A DNA stretch of 64,000 bases from Chiloscyllium plagiosum (Eukaryota), in contig NC_057718.1 in NCBI RefSeq assembly GCF_004010195.1, forward strand, positions 42,856,523-42,920,522, given 5' to 3'. The notes below the pieces were generated by a model. It was given only the letters and a program-made list of their open reading frames with translations, ran no database searches and was not told the origin of the DNA. Positions 38,050-51,049 of this stretch are shown here, one piece after another. Both the position numbers and the translations under genes were made by a program. How positions within the stretch are numbered: the first letter of the stretch is position 1; the number at the start of each line of letters is the position of its first letter.

Positions 38050-38620
38050 TGCATGAGAAGGTGTCAGAGTGGGAGGAATGAGAGAGGGAAGAGAAGGAAA
38101 AGAAAGGGAGGTAGAGAGATTGAGCAAGGGTTGGAGGGTGAGGGGGTGTAGGCATAAGTAAGGGAGTGTGAGGGAAGGAGGGTGGAGATATAAAGAAGGG
38201 AGTGAGGGAGGGGAAAGAGTGATTCAAAGTGGCTGAGTGAGGGGCAGAGTGATGGAGGAAAAGAGTGGGAAAGGAAGATGCACAAGTGATATTCAGTGAT
38301 GGAAGGAGGCTGATTGATTGAGGGTCGATGAGCGATGGAGATAGGGGATTTAAAGAAAGATTAGTGAGGGAGGGAAAGTGAGAGTTTGGAGGAGAGTGAG
38401 TGAGGGAGTGAATTAAGGAGAGGAAGGGAGCATGGGTTGGTGAGGGCGCATGTAAGGGAAAGTGTGAGTATGAGGGAGAAAGCATGTGCATCTGTGTGTG
38501 TAAGGGAGAGAGATGGTGTACACATATTAGTGCAATGGAGAAAAGGAGAGACATAGTGTGAGTGGGAGAGGTGGAGGGAGAGGGAGAAAGTCTGCACCTG
38601 AGTGGAAGAAAGTGAGAGTG
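38050..38620. repeat. Purine-rich (GA) low-complexity tract
   Basis: About 570 bp dominated by G and A on the + strand. Confidence 0.85.
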
Positions 38621-38823
38621 TTTGAACACAAAGTTTGAGAATGCACCAGATCGCACCAACCCTTGCCTTCCTCTTCCTCCTCCTGTCTCCCCAAAATCCT
38701 ATCCACAAAGCAGGCTGGCAACGGAGAAAACACCAAACTGGAGGACAACCTACTTTGAACCTTCATGTTGTATGTATTCTGCCCAGGCCAGCTCAGATTG
38801 TGCACCACAAGAACCAAACACAA

Positions 38824-39360
38824 GGTTAGTGAAACTCATGTAGATATGGTGTATTTCAATTTCCAAAAGACATTTGATAATCTTTCACATCAAATATTGC
38901 AATATAAAGTAAGAACACAGTATTAACAGGGAAATAACTAAGTTATTTTCAAGTTACAAGCTGTAATAAGTGGAGTGCCACAGGAATTAATGCTTAGACA
39001 TCAACTACTTAAAATCTAAATCAATGACTTGAAGGAGAGGACCAAATGCACAGCATCTGAATTTGTTGATGACACAAAGGTAGATAGAAAAGTCAATTCT
39101 CAAGAGGACATAGGATCTACAAAGTGATTCTTTTTAGGTATTTGGACAAAGATTTTGGCAATGTAATGTGCAAAAATGTGAACTCACCCACTTCGACATC
39201 AAGAATAAGAAAGCAAGAAGACTCAAAGGTGCAGAGGGATATTGGTGCCCTGGTACATGAACCACAAAAATAGATCAAGTAATTAGAAAGGCAAATGGAA
39301 TATTTTATTGCAAATGGAATGGAGTATAAAGTAGACAAATATAACCAAATAGGTACAAGG
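38824..39360 (+). mobile_element. Very old CR1 RT fragment
   Basis: VDMVYFNFQKTFD, SGVPQELML, INDL..FVDDTK. Confidence 0.8.
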
Positions 39361-40207
39361 TCATAGTAAAACCAGAACTGCTGCAAAGAAACTGGTCATA
39401 GACCTGTCTGCAGTCACAAGCACGTTGTCTTTGGTATCGAGTACTGGCTGCTGTTGTTGATACAGTTCAGTGACATCTTCCTTGCTGAAGTGCAGGAATC
39501 TCATACACTACTCCTCAGTATAGGTGACACACAGTAAAAGCAAGGTGATCCACTGTGATGATCTACTATGATTCTCCTCTTCTGCATAGTGCCCACTCCC
39601 TTTCTCTTCTGGCAACCTCTCCTGCCTACTTCACTTCTTGATTCTTTCTCCAGCTTCAAAGGACAGACATACCAGACCATCCATGACTGCAATAAGCCTG
39701 TTTTTAATGGATATCAAAGCCGTTTCAGAACAGGCTACACAACTGCTCATGGCAAGCTACGTTCATGGAACCCATATTCCTACAATGTACTGAAATCAAA
39801 TGGAGCTTAAGCTAAAGATTTAGTGCTAAAACTTATAGCACAATCTCGAGCTCATGTTCTTGCTGATCCTGGCTTCCTAATAGGAGTGTGCAACTTGGCT
39901 GCACTTGCTTTTCAACTGTGAAAAAGGAGGCCGAGGGTCCAAGATGGTAGGTGAATGTTTGAAAAAAATATCACCAAGCATTTCTCTCTGCCCTGCCAGC
40001 CAACATGGAAGTGTGTTCAAGAAATCTTTTTGAGATTGGAGAAATTCCAAATGTGTAACACTGGACAGTTATTTTATTGCAGTAATTAAGGATCTTTTAT
40101 TGACAGTTGATAAGTCATCAGTGATAGCCCTGCTATATAAGTTCAGTGGTGATTCTATCAGTTCGGAATCAGAAAGTTCAAGCTCAAACCAGAAACTTGA
40201 ACACATC

Positions 40208-40313
40208 TTAAAAAAAACACAGAAAATGCTGGAAACACCCAGCAAGTCTTCCGGCATCTGTAGAGAAAGAAATATAGGGTTAACATTTTAGGTCTGCGAC
40301 CTTTCATCAGAAC
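40208..40313 (-). mobile_element. Short PLE-derived pLTR remnant with hammerhead motif
   Basis: Minus GTT-CTGATGA-A-AGGTC-gca-GACCT-AAAA-TGTT-AAC (GAAA mutated); related to 10420-10608 and 53510-53615. Confidence 0.65.
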
Positions 40314-43300
40314 TTAACTGAATCAATTCCCTTTCAGTGCACAACCAGTGGATGCAGAAAATCCAAAAGAAGTTAATGAAGTGTAAAATCTGACTTGACT
40401 TTCCTGACTTGGACTGGGAAAGTTCCATTAAAATTGGGGCTTAGATAAGTTGATAATATTTTGGGTTGGAATTTACAGGAGGTGGGACAGGGAGTGTGGG
40501 TGCTCTCTATTTCTTGTGACTCTTCTGTAGGGCCATCCCATAAAGGTAACTTTCAATCAGTGGCCTAAACAAGCAATGAGTGGGACATGTGCTCCTCAGA
40601 GAAAGGACATGCAGCTTTGGTTTGGAGTTCTAGCAGCCTTGACAGTGCTAGAACACAGCAATGGGTGTTGTTAGGACTGCGAGAATGATTCCCAAACTCT
40701 AAGTTCCAGATTTTCAGACAGGGAAGGATCGAGTACTTTTGGGAAAGGGGTAAAGTGGATGGCTTGACATGCTTTGGAGACCAGAAGGGAAAGCATAAAG
40801 AAAGAGTATAAGCTTGGAGGGCTGGTGCCCCTAATGTATGCAGCATAGCTGCTGTTGAAGGATGAACACCCCCTCCCTTCCTATTTTTACTACAGGCCAT
40901 GAAAATGTAGACTCTCCACTTTCACCTATGCATTTGTGGGAACTGTTATTTAGCATTGGCAATGTAATATTCAAGTTACTTTGCTTGTTAACAGCTCAAT
41001 TTCCAATTATGATTTTTTTCTTCTTAGAAATGGAGAGTGGACTCTGATTTCAGGTCCTTCCCATCTACTGCATTATGGGAAGCCAGCTTGTTGACATCAT
41101 GCTTATAACCAATGTCACCCCTCCTGATTTCATTTATGCAAAGGACAGCAATTATCAGTCTTTGTTGCTGACTCCAGTATCTTAAATTCTTCCTATGACC
41201 ACTTTCCCATTTCTCTTATTATACTATTGAATTTAGGCTATAGCTTTGATATATTGTCTGGAATATATTCCCCCAAAAAAACAAATTCTCATGGTGCTCA
41301 AGCCAAAGTTTTCTAGAAATTTATTATTACCTCTCTAGGCTGTTCTATTTGATTCAATGTTTTTTTGGTTTAATTTACTTCACTTGTACATCGGAACACC
41401 TGAGTTTCTGTTCATCCACATCAATTAGCATTTCTCTATTGATTGTGTACCTTCTTCATTGTCTTTCCTCCAAAATTGTACAACTTGTAGTTTGCATATT
41501 ATTACATCATGTCTCTACCTCATATTGTCACATCATAAGGCCTTGTGCATCAAAATGCATTGTGAATATGTTCAGAATTTGACTGCTAGTGTGTATGGAT
41601 GGGTCATGAAGTTAACAAGCAGATGTAGGGGAATTTGAAATTGACCTTAACACTTAGTTGCTCCCATCCAGACATTAAATAATGGAGGATATTCTTCCTC
41701 CATTTTTCCACTTACCTGCACAGGATCTTGTATTCAAAGCATAATTTCTACGAGGTTGAAAAGCAAATGTGATTGAGGCTGAGGATGGATGACTGGTGCC
41801 AATCGTTTGGTTTGGTCACTGAATGAAAATGCTGCTTTTCTTTCCCCTCAGTCTTAAAAATGGGATTCTTCTTTAAATGCTGAAGTTTAATTCCAATCCA
41901 ATTGGTTCCACTTGTCTGCATCCTTGGGGGCAGACTGCAAATCAGCTGGAACATGTAGCTGTACTCCATACAGCCTATCAATATCCAAGATGGCTACTGT
42001 GATTCAGCATTAAGTCTGAGTGTCTACCAGAAATTAACTTCAAAACTTTGTTTTTTGGTCACGTATTCTACAGATGTATGCTGAAATCTTGAGAATCAGC
42101 AATTTTAGCATTAATAGCAACAAATTAAGATCCATTAAGTCAAATAATGTGTCATCTCCTGTAGATGACAAATACAGCAATCATTAGTGTACTCTGGAAG
42201 ATGGTAGAATATGGGTCCATTACTGCAATAGGACATATTAAAATATGGGGCATACTGCAAATATCAGCCACAGTCATTTTTATTGCTCCATAAAATGTTT
42301 GGCATTAAGACTGGATATTAAAAATTAAGATTCCAGCTGAATATTGAAAGAAGCTGAATAGCTTATGCTATTTTATATGAATCCTATCCTGCTATACTGC
42401 ATATACATTTAACTATTTGATAACTAGACAAAATAAATACCCAATAAAAGGGTAAAAATAAAAATAAAAACAATCAGTACACGCACAATATAAACAAGAA
42501 GGTCTTAAAGTATAAGTTGTTTCCTTTACTAGACTTAAAAAGCATCAAACACCATTACAACTGAATGTAACTAATTGAGGTTTTCATAAATTACACTATT
42601 TTAATTTCATTAACTAACCTTTCCAATGTAAAATATACAGGAATATGCTCCTAATAACCTTTAAAGGAAGATCAGTCATTCAATCTGACAACTGGTAAAT
42701 CAACTGTTTTCTCATATCTTTTGAAATTATTTATTATTTTCATATACTTCTAGTGCCCGTCTTGGTAAGGTAAGGATGTGGGCTAAAATATTGAAAATAG
42801 TAAACATTTTCGCCTCTCCCTTGAATGTGCAGCCTTCTAATAATATGGTCAGAGTTAAGCATAAGGACTGTGAGAATGATTTTGAATCTGGTGGTGATCT
42901 TTTGGAGTTTTAAAGTGGGGGAATGTGAGTATTGGCAAATGGAGGATTTACCTGCATCAACTTCAAGGTCAAATTGGCATGCATCTGAAGCCAATGTACA
43001 CCATCCCTAAATTGTTGCTAAAATCCCAACCTCAGATGAGCACACCCGACTACCATCAGGAGTTTTTCCATTTCTCACATTAACTGCCCTTATGATCTGC
43101 TTGAGTGAGGCTGGCAATTTAGTGTCAATCTGTATAGCACTGAGAATTTTATGCTCTGATCCCTATTGTGGGTTGAGACTAGCTGAAGTTATTTTACAGA
43201 GACTCTTAGCAGAGCAAAGAGAATTTTATTCCTTCAATGAGTGCCAAGTTGAATCTTAGATTCAATGAGCGATGTATACCTTGCTAATCAATTATGATTT

Positions 43301-44364
43301 TTATTTTCTTCAGTTCATATTGAAATTGAAAATTGAATTCGGATCAGGAAGTAAAGTATATTTTTATCAAATGAGAAAAGGATTGTACAACTTGTGGGTT
43401 AGAGTGATTATCTGAAAAATTATTTTAGAAAAGGTTAAAAGATATCGAATCAGTAATCTTTATTAAAGATGCAGCAGAATGGAATGTACTTTTCTAATAT
43501 CAGACAGACATCTCTTCTGAAAAATCTGGCTTTGCAAACAGAAGGAAAGAGACAACTGGGACAAAAGAGAACAAAGTGGCCAGACACAGCAATTGAGAAT
43601 CATCAGAACATAAGTGCTCACTGGAGAAAGCAACTTCTATAGACCAAGATGAATAATAATGGGAACACTGGTATAATATTAACTATTGACCCAGCATGAA
43701 GGTCATGAAAAATCTTAAGACAAAATTTAATTTTTAAAATTAATTTTCTGTTAATTCTATATATTCAAGGCCTATTTATATGTAAACAAAATCTGGCACT
43801 GAATTCAATGTAAATTCATAACATATGTTTCAATTCCCTATAATAATTAACCATTAGGCCCATGTGATGTGACTTGTCTATTTGTTAAAACCTTAGCTCA
43901 GGGGTCACAATAACTTTTGGTTTTTGAAAACACTTCTTGGGATGTTTCTCAAGGGCTACTTTTTGATTCTCACAAATTCATTTATTAGATGACACATCAC
44001 ACACAGTTTTTTTTCAATGTAACTGACAATTTTGACACAAAAATAGCCATCACCCCAACCATACTTTCTCTAGATTAACTGAGATCATAGTAATTCTATT
44101 GCACATGCACAGAGTTAGAACATTTCAAGAAAACAGATACAATCACATTTATTGCATTCTAGATATCAGTCTCAGATTTAAATTTAACAATTGACAGTAT
44201 TCATTACAATAAGATCTACTGTATTCTTTCCAGCACAATGACTTGCACAGACCTAATCTTGATATCCCATATTGAATTGTAAGAAATTCATCACCTCAGT
44301 GATTTGAAGGTTCCTTGGATCCCAGTTAGCTTGATATTTCTTTGTTGATGATTTAAAACTGTTC

Positions 44365-44705
44365 TCCCTCCTTTGCAGCCTCTCTCCTTCCAACAAATTT
44401 GCAAACTCCCTCTCCTTCCACCCCACTTGCATTCTACTTCTCTTCCCTCACACCTCTTACAGACTCCGTATCCCCTTATGCCTCACACAGTCTGCATAAG
44501 ACCACCTTCCTCTGCTGCCTTCTTTTCCTCTCACATCCCTCTTGCAGCCTCCTGCTCACCATCATCCATTCCTTTGGTAGCCGCCCCACCACTCTCCTTA
44601 TGAAGCCTCCTCCCTTTCCACCACCATCCCCCCCTCCCCCCACCCCCAAGATGGAAGCCTCATTCTCTCTCACCAAAGCCTCCTACAATCTCTCCTCCCA
44701 CTTCT
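44365..44705. repeat. Pyrimidine-rich (CT) low-complexity tract
   Basis: Direct reading. Confidence 0.75.
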
Positions 44706-46839
44706 GGCCTACACATAGGGCCCAGTAGGCAGGACTCCCAGGTCTGCCAAAAACCTCTTCTGGCCTCAGCAAAAAAAATCACTCACACAAAAGGCTCCAC
44801 CTCCTGACCATTGCTGACTCTCAGCTGTCACCCTGACTGCTCTTGGCACTCCAGCCCCAGCTTTCTATCCCCAACCCTGGACCTCAGTTCCTAGCTCCAG
44901 GTTAAGACATCCCTCTACCAACTCTCTCAATGCCAGAACTGACTTTCCCGGAGCCTTGCAGCACCTCCAATCACAGGTTGCTCCCCTACCAGCCTTGCGG
45001 CTGATTCCCAAGTGAGCTTATCGGCAAAGCTCAGGAGAGAACTGGCCTGTGATTGGAGAAACAGCTCCTTAACATTTCTTCCCAGTCTATTTCTGGAGTG
45101 GAGGGGGTGGTCCTTCTTCTGACTAGTCACCCTTGTGGGTGAATTTTCCAGTGTAATTTGGGGGCTTTTGGGACTCAATCCACTTCTGGCGTCTCTTTAT
45201 TTGGAGCATTGCCTTAGTTCCTATTTTTCACAGTCAAGTTTTAACACTCCATATCATCTTTACTAAGCAGTCTCTGTACTACATATTTATTTAGACAGAT
45301 AATATTTAATCTTTAACATTTTACCATGGGTTAATGTGCATCAATGTTCTCTCCATTGAGATTGCCAATTTATCAGCTTCTGCACTGGAATTTCTGCATT
45401 AGAACATTATTCCACCTCTAAATGAAACACTATTTTCTCTAGACATATCATTTGTAAAAATGAAAGCAGCTCTGATTTTGAATTTAGGTAATATTTGATC
45501 ATTCAGATTTCAAATACCTTTCACTGAGCAATGATGCCAGAGATGGCAAACTCTTTTTATTTTTGCTTATAATCCCCTTGGCATTAACCCACTATTGCCA
45601 AAATGCAGTCTTCTGTGAATCCCAAAATCCAAGATGCTGTTCATCTTGACAAATACCCACATACTGCTTGAAAAGAATATTAAACTCTTGCCAACTGACA
45701 TAGGAATATTATACAAATGTGTCAAGTGATCAGGCATTAATACAATAATAATATCTCAGCTCTGATGCCAGTAAGACATTAATATTGAAACTGTTATCAT
45801 ACCATGCCCTGTTACAGTGAGGAAGTACTCTGTAAGGTGCTATATCCAGAACAGCTGCATGCTAGCACATGTTTAATTAAATTCTGAAGAAAGTGCCTAA
45901 GTCCAGGTTGATCAAAAATCCATTTCTGCAGATGGTCTTTGAGGAAATCATTCTGAAGGGCTGGATTACAAAAGCTGCTAAGGATGGGTTTGGCATTCCA
46001 GAACTCATCCAGTAAGCAAAAGACATATCTGTCTATCAGACAGACTTTTAAGGAGTGACAGCTCTCATTGTGCTTTGGGAAACATTCGAAACTCATTCTT
46101 AAATTTATGGTCATTTGATCAATCACATAATCTGTATAAATACATCAATTGCCCCATTTGTAGACTTAAGTCCATCAACTGCTACATTGGTCTTCTTGCT
46201 GCTGATGATTTCAGAATTATGGAACCCCAGATGGGCTAAAAATAACAATAGATCTGTTTCTGGTACAACCTGTGCTGATTGCATTTTGAGGAAAGGTGGT
46301 AGTGCAGGCATGCACGAGACGTGCATGAGAAAGGAGCACTTAGAGGGGATACATCATGGTATTCCTCATTTTGGAACTCATGGCATCTGTTATCATCCTC
46401 TCTTAAACATTCACAGTAGACCACATTCTAGCTGCATGAGTAAAATCCAATGAATCTGTTTAAAAGGACTAGCATGGGACTTCAGATGAGGTGATCTGAC
46501 ATATTTTTCCTGCTGCAGATAGAGTTGAAGTGCTGTACTATTGGAGATGACCACATAAGTTAGTGGGAATTAGATGGAAATTATATTGGGCTTTACAGGA
46601 GAGGAGAGATTGGAAAGCGTCGGAAAATAAATATTGTAGAGGCATGCAGAGAGCACCTCGACTGCAGCCAAAAGCAGTGCCAGTGCCAGCTAAAAGCCAA
46701 AGGGGTGGTCGTTGAATAGTGCTGCCTCCTCCAATTGAGCCCGCAGCCACAGAGCGGAGCAAGGATTGATGATCAGTAACTGTCCAGGTCCTATAGACCT
46801 CGGTTTCTCTGATAGTGAGCCATTATAGAGCTGGTAACA

Positions 46840-47400
46840 CAATTTTGCTGTGTATTGGTGCTCGAGGGAGGTCTTGAGACACCGTACACAAAGAAATGGA
46901 ACTTCTTAGCCTTCTCAACATGAATGTGAAATCAGCATGTGACCATGCACAACATATCATGTCTGTAAATGCTCCCATGCCTTTATTCTTCACCAGTCAA
47001 AATTCTCAGCAGTTTTGAACCATGACAAACCTGAGGGCAGCTGTCTCATCACAAGAACTAGTTGCTTTACATGAGTCTTGACTCTTTGTCTCCCAACTAC
47101 ATGTGAATGGTGATTACCCAGCAAGACGAGCACCTTGACCAGGAAAATGTTGACACAAACTCACTTAATTCCCAAACAGTGATTCCACCTGCCTGGAGCC
47201 CACCAATCATCTCTGGATTCTGTCTCCAAATTCTCGGTGGATTACTGGATTCTACACAACCAGGTCCTCATGAGGGTGTGGGCCTTGCTGCCAGGCTTTC
47301 AGTAAGTACCACAGGAAGAGTATGAGAAAGAAGGGGAAGAGGAGGAAAAGGAAGAAATGAAAATGTCAAGTGAGACATTATGTCCTGGACAGGCAATCTG
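46840..47400 (+). pseudogene. PIF/Harbinger (HARBI1-like) transposase fossil
   Basis: LNMNVKSACDHAQHIMSVNA (from 46914; cf. HSLNVQLVCD), KQ*FH-CLE (about 47172; cf. KQRFRCLD), VSKFSVDYWILHNQVLMR (47222-47275; cf. CCxLHN) then Glu-rich tail; motifs in the expected order. Confidence 0.7.
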
Positions 47401-47849
47401 TGAGTTCTTCATCAGACACTACTTAACCTGAAAGCAGTCCCACATAACCATTGCCCCATATTTTCCCCATGTCTCCACCCCTCTGTTAAGTATCATCATG
47501 GCATCCTAATATAACCAAATTCCTAATATAAAAGACACCTGAAACTGGCCATTCCATATTCAGCAAAACTTTAAGTAGTACATACAATGAAAGGAGGAAA
47601 TAGAAGCATGAGTAGGCCATTTTGCCTATGGAACCTACTCTGCCATTCAAACTAATCATGGCCAATCATCTACTGTGAAGCAATGTTTTCCCATGATCCA
47701 CATCTTCCTTGGTGTTTTGGTATCTATAATTCTATAGATTTCTGCAGATAAAGGAATCTTTAACAGGATGGCAGCCGGTGCATAGTGGTGTTCTACAGGG
47801 GTCAGTGTTGGGACCACAACTATTCACATTATATATTAACAATATGGAC

Positions 47850-48556
47850 AATAGACAATAGACAATAGGTGCAGGAGTAGGCCATTCCGCCCTTCGAGAC
47901 TGCACCACCATTCAATATGATCATGGCTGATCATCCTTAATCAGTATCCTATTCCTGCCTTATCTCCATAACCCTTGATTCCACAATCCTTGAGAGCTCT
48001 ATCCAACTCTTTCTTAAATGAATCCAGAGACTGGGCGTCCACTGCCCTCTGGGGCAGAGCATTCCACACACCCACCACTCTCTGGGTGAAGAAGTTTCTC
48101 CTNNNNNNNNNNNNNNNNNNNNNNNNNNNNNNNNNNNNNNNNNNNNNNNNNNNNNNNNNNNNNNNNNNNNNNNNNNNNNNNNNNNNNNNNNNNNNNNNNN
48201 CCTCTTGTTATGAAGGTCAGCATGCTATTAGCCTTCTTCACTACCTGCTGTACCTGCATGCTTGCCTTCATTGACTGGTGTACAAGAACACCCAGATCTC
48301 TCTGTACTGCCCCTTTACCTAAATTGATTCCATTTAGGTAGTAATCTGCCTTCCTGTTCTTGCCACCAAAGTGGATAACCATACATTTATCCACATTAAA
48401 CTGCATCTGCCATGCATCAGACTACTCAACTAACTTGTCCAGGTCACCCTGTAATCTCCTAACATCCTCATCACATTTCACCCTGCCACCTAGCTTAGTA
48501 TCATCAGCAAATTTGCTAGTGTTATTACTAATACCATCTTCTATATCATTAACATA
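47850..48556 (-). mobile_element. Young CR1 copy nested in opposite orientation (contains gap)
   Basis: (tagacaa)n tail at 47850-47866; MQFNVDKCMVIHFGGKN; flanking atatggacaa / atatgacaa resemble a TSD. Confidence 0.92.
48103..48200. other. Assembly gap (98 N)
   Basis: Run of N. Confidence 1.
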
Positions 48557-49527
48557 TGACAAAGGAACTGAGGGCATTGTTGCTAAGTTTCAGATGAGAC
48601 AGAGATAGGTGAAGAGGGGAGAGGGCAGAAGGACTTGGAGAGGCTAAGAGAGTGGGTTATGAAGTGGCAGATGAAGTACAATGTGGGAAATGTCAGATAA
48701 TGCACTTTAATAGGAAGAATAGAGGTGTAGACAATTTTCTAAATGAGGAAAGACTTCAGAAATCTGAAGCACAAGGGGACTTAGGAGTCCTGGTTCAGGA
48801 TTCGTTTAAGGTTAACATACAAGTTCAGTTGGCAATAATGAAGGCAAATGCAATGTTCACATTCATTTCAAAAGGGCTAGAATACAACAGCAGAGATGTA
48901 CTGCTGAAGCTGTGTAAGGCTCTGGTCAGATTGCATTTGGAATATTGTGAGCTGTTTTGAATGCTATAACTAAGGATGGATGATCCTGACAATGAAGGAA
49001 TTGTCATATGAGGGGCAGTTGCAGATTCTGGGTCTGTACTCAATGGAGTTCAGAACAATAAAGGGAGATCTCATTGAAAGTAACAGAATACTGAGAAGCC
49101 TCGATCGAGTGCGTGGAGAAGAAGTTTCCACTAGTAGGAAAGGTTAGGACCCGAGGGCACAGTCTCAGAGTGAAAGGATGAACTGGAGTGAGGGGGCATT
49201 TCTTCAGTCAGAGGGTGGTAGAGCTTATTGCCACAGAAAGCTGTGGAGGCCAAAGCAATGAGTGACTTTAAGAGAGTGCTGCATAGGTTCATGATTAGCA
49301 ATGGGATCAATGGTTATGGAGAGAAAACAAGAGAATGAGGTTGAGAAATATATCAGCCATAATCAAATTGTGCAGCAGACTCAACTGGCCGTTTGGCCTA
49401 ATTCTGTTCCTATATATTATGGTTTTTGAACATGTTTAATGATTCAACTTCACACATAGACCCCTGGGGTAGAGAATTACAAAGCTTGTCCACCTCTGAA
49501 ATAAAGAATTGCTCCTCATTTCAATTT

Positions 49528-49779
49528 CTTACAATGTGGAAACAGGCCCTTCGGCCCAACAAGCCCATGCCCCTACAATTACCCCTTCACCTAACACTAC
49601 AGGCAACTTAGCATGGCCAATTCACCTGACCTATACATCTTTGGACTGTGGGAGAAAACCCACATAGACACGGGGAGAATGTGCAAACTCCACACAGTCA
49701 GTCGCCTGAGGCGGGAATTGAACCTGGTTCTCTGGCGCTTTGAGGCAGCAGTGCTAACCACTGTGCCACCATGCCACCC
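49528..49779 (-). mobile_element. HE1-type SINE (short variant)
   Basis: Homologous to 63261-63554. Confidence 0.9.
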
Positions 49780-49829
49780 ACTATCTCCTGTTTATTACTA
49801 TTAACTGTGTCCTGTTATTCTGGACTCAT

Positions 49830-50971
49830 CCAGGCAAGCAAGATAAGGGCCCATGGTGTTAAGGGCAAGGTGCTAGCATGGATAGAAGCTTGGCTGTCTG
49901 GCAGAAAGCAGAGAGTGGGGATAAAAGGGTCTTTCTCAGGATGGCTGCCAGTGACAGGTGGTGTCCACAAGGGTAAGTGGTTGGGACCACACCTTTTCAC
50001 TTCATACATTAACAAATTCGATGAAGGAACTGAGGACATGCTGGCTAAGTTTGCAGATGATACAAAGATAGGTAAAGGAACAGGTAGCACTGAGGAGATG
50101 GGGGGCTGCAAAATGATTTTGGACAGGTTAGGAGAGTGGGCAAAGAAGTGGCAGATGGAGTACAACATGGGAAAGTGTGAGGTCATGCACTATGGTAGGA
50201 AGAATAGAGGCATGGACTATTTTCTAAATGGGGAGAAAATTCAGAAGTCTGCAGTGCAGAGACTTGGGACTTCTAGTCCAAGATTCTCTCAAGGCAAAGT
50301 TGCAGGTTGAATCAGTAGTTCGGAAGGCAAATGTAATGTTGGCATTTATTTTGAGAGGACTGAAATATAAAAGAAGGGACGTGCTTCTGAAGCTCCATAA
50401 GACTATCGTCAGACCACATTTGGAGTATTGTCTGCTGTTTGGGGCCACATATCTCAGAAAGGATGTATTGACCCTGGAGCTGGTTCAGAGGAGGTTCATG
50501 AGAATGGTCCCAGGAATGAAAAGCTTAACAGATGAGGAATGTTTGAGGACTCTGGGTCTATACTCAAAAGAGTTTAGAAGAGTGAGGGGGGACCTAATTG
50601 AAACATACAGAATACTGAATGGCCTGGACAGAGTGAATGTTGGGAAGATGTTTCCATTGGCAGGAGAGATGAGGACTCGAGGGCACAGCCTAAGAGTAAA
50701 AGGAAGCCCGTTTAGAATGGAGATTAAGGAGAAATTTCTTCAGCCAGAGAGTGGTGAATCTATGGAATTCACTGCCACAGTGGAGTGGCTGTGGAGGCCA
50801 GGTCACTGAGTATATTTATGATTGAGATAGGTTCTTGGTTTTCAAAGGGATTGAGGGTAATGGGGAGAAAACAGGAGAATGGAGTTGAAAAAACTATCAG
50901 CCATGATTGAATGGTGGAGCAGACTCGATGGGCTGATTGGCCTAATTTCTGCTCCTATGTCTTGTGGTCTT
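49830..50971 (+). mobile_element. CR1 LINE, 5'-truncated
   Basis: WIEAWLSGRKQRV, KFADDTK, WAKKWQMEYN, IVRPHLEYC; frameshifted; 3' tail. Confidence 0.95.
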
Positions 50972-51049
50972 TTGGAAATCATCTCATTCAGATCAATCCT
51001 GTCATGCCCTATAAGAATGCTCAACTCTGCAACCTTGTCCCTATTTCTC

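Larger units (their letters stand above)
47746..49424 (+). mobile_element. CR1 RT fragment (parts 47746-47850 and 48557-49424)
   Basis: SGVLQGSVLGPQLFTLYINNMD continues after the nested copy as KGTEGIVAKF; LCKALVRLHLEYCELF; 3' tail. Confidence 0.88.
47590..49525 (-). mobile_element. Old CR1 3' end (host parts 47590-47745 and 49425-49525)
   Basis: gtaggccatt...ctctgccattcaa...catggc continues after the insert as ttgaacatgtttaatga...ctggggtagagaattacaaag. Confidence 0.65.

Noticed and set aside
38027..38659. 210-aa Ser/Pro/Leu/His-rich ORF
   Set aside because: Product of the low-complexity purine tract.
45812..46453. Cluster of 60-110 aa ORFs with faint resemblance to transposase motifs (GAID, KDHL)
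   Set aside because: Motifs are too short and not in a convincing order; unsupported without an HMM search.
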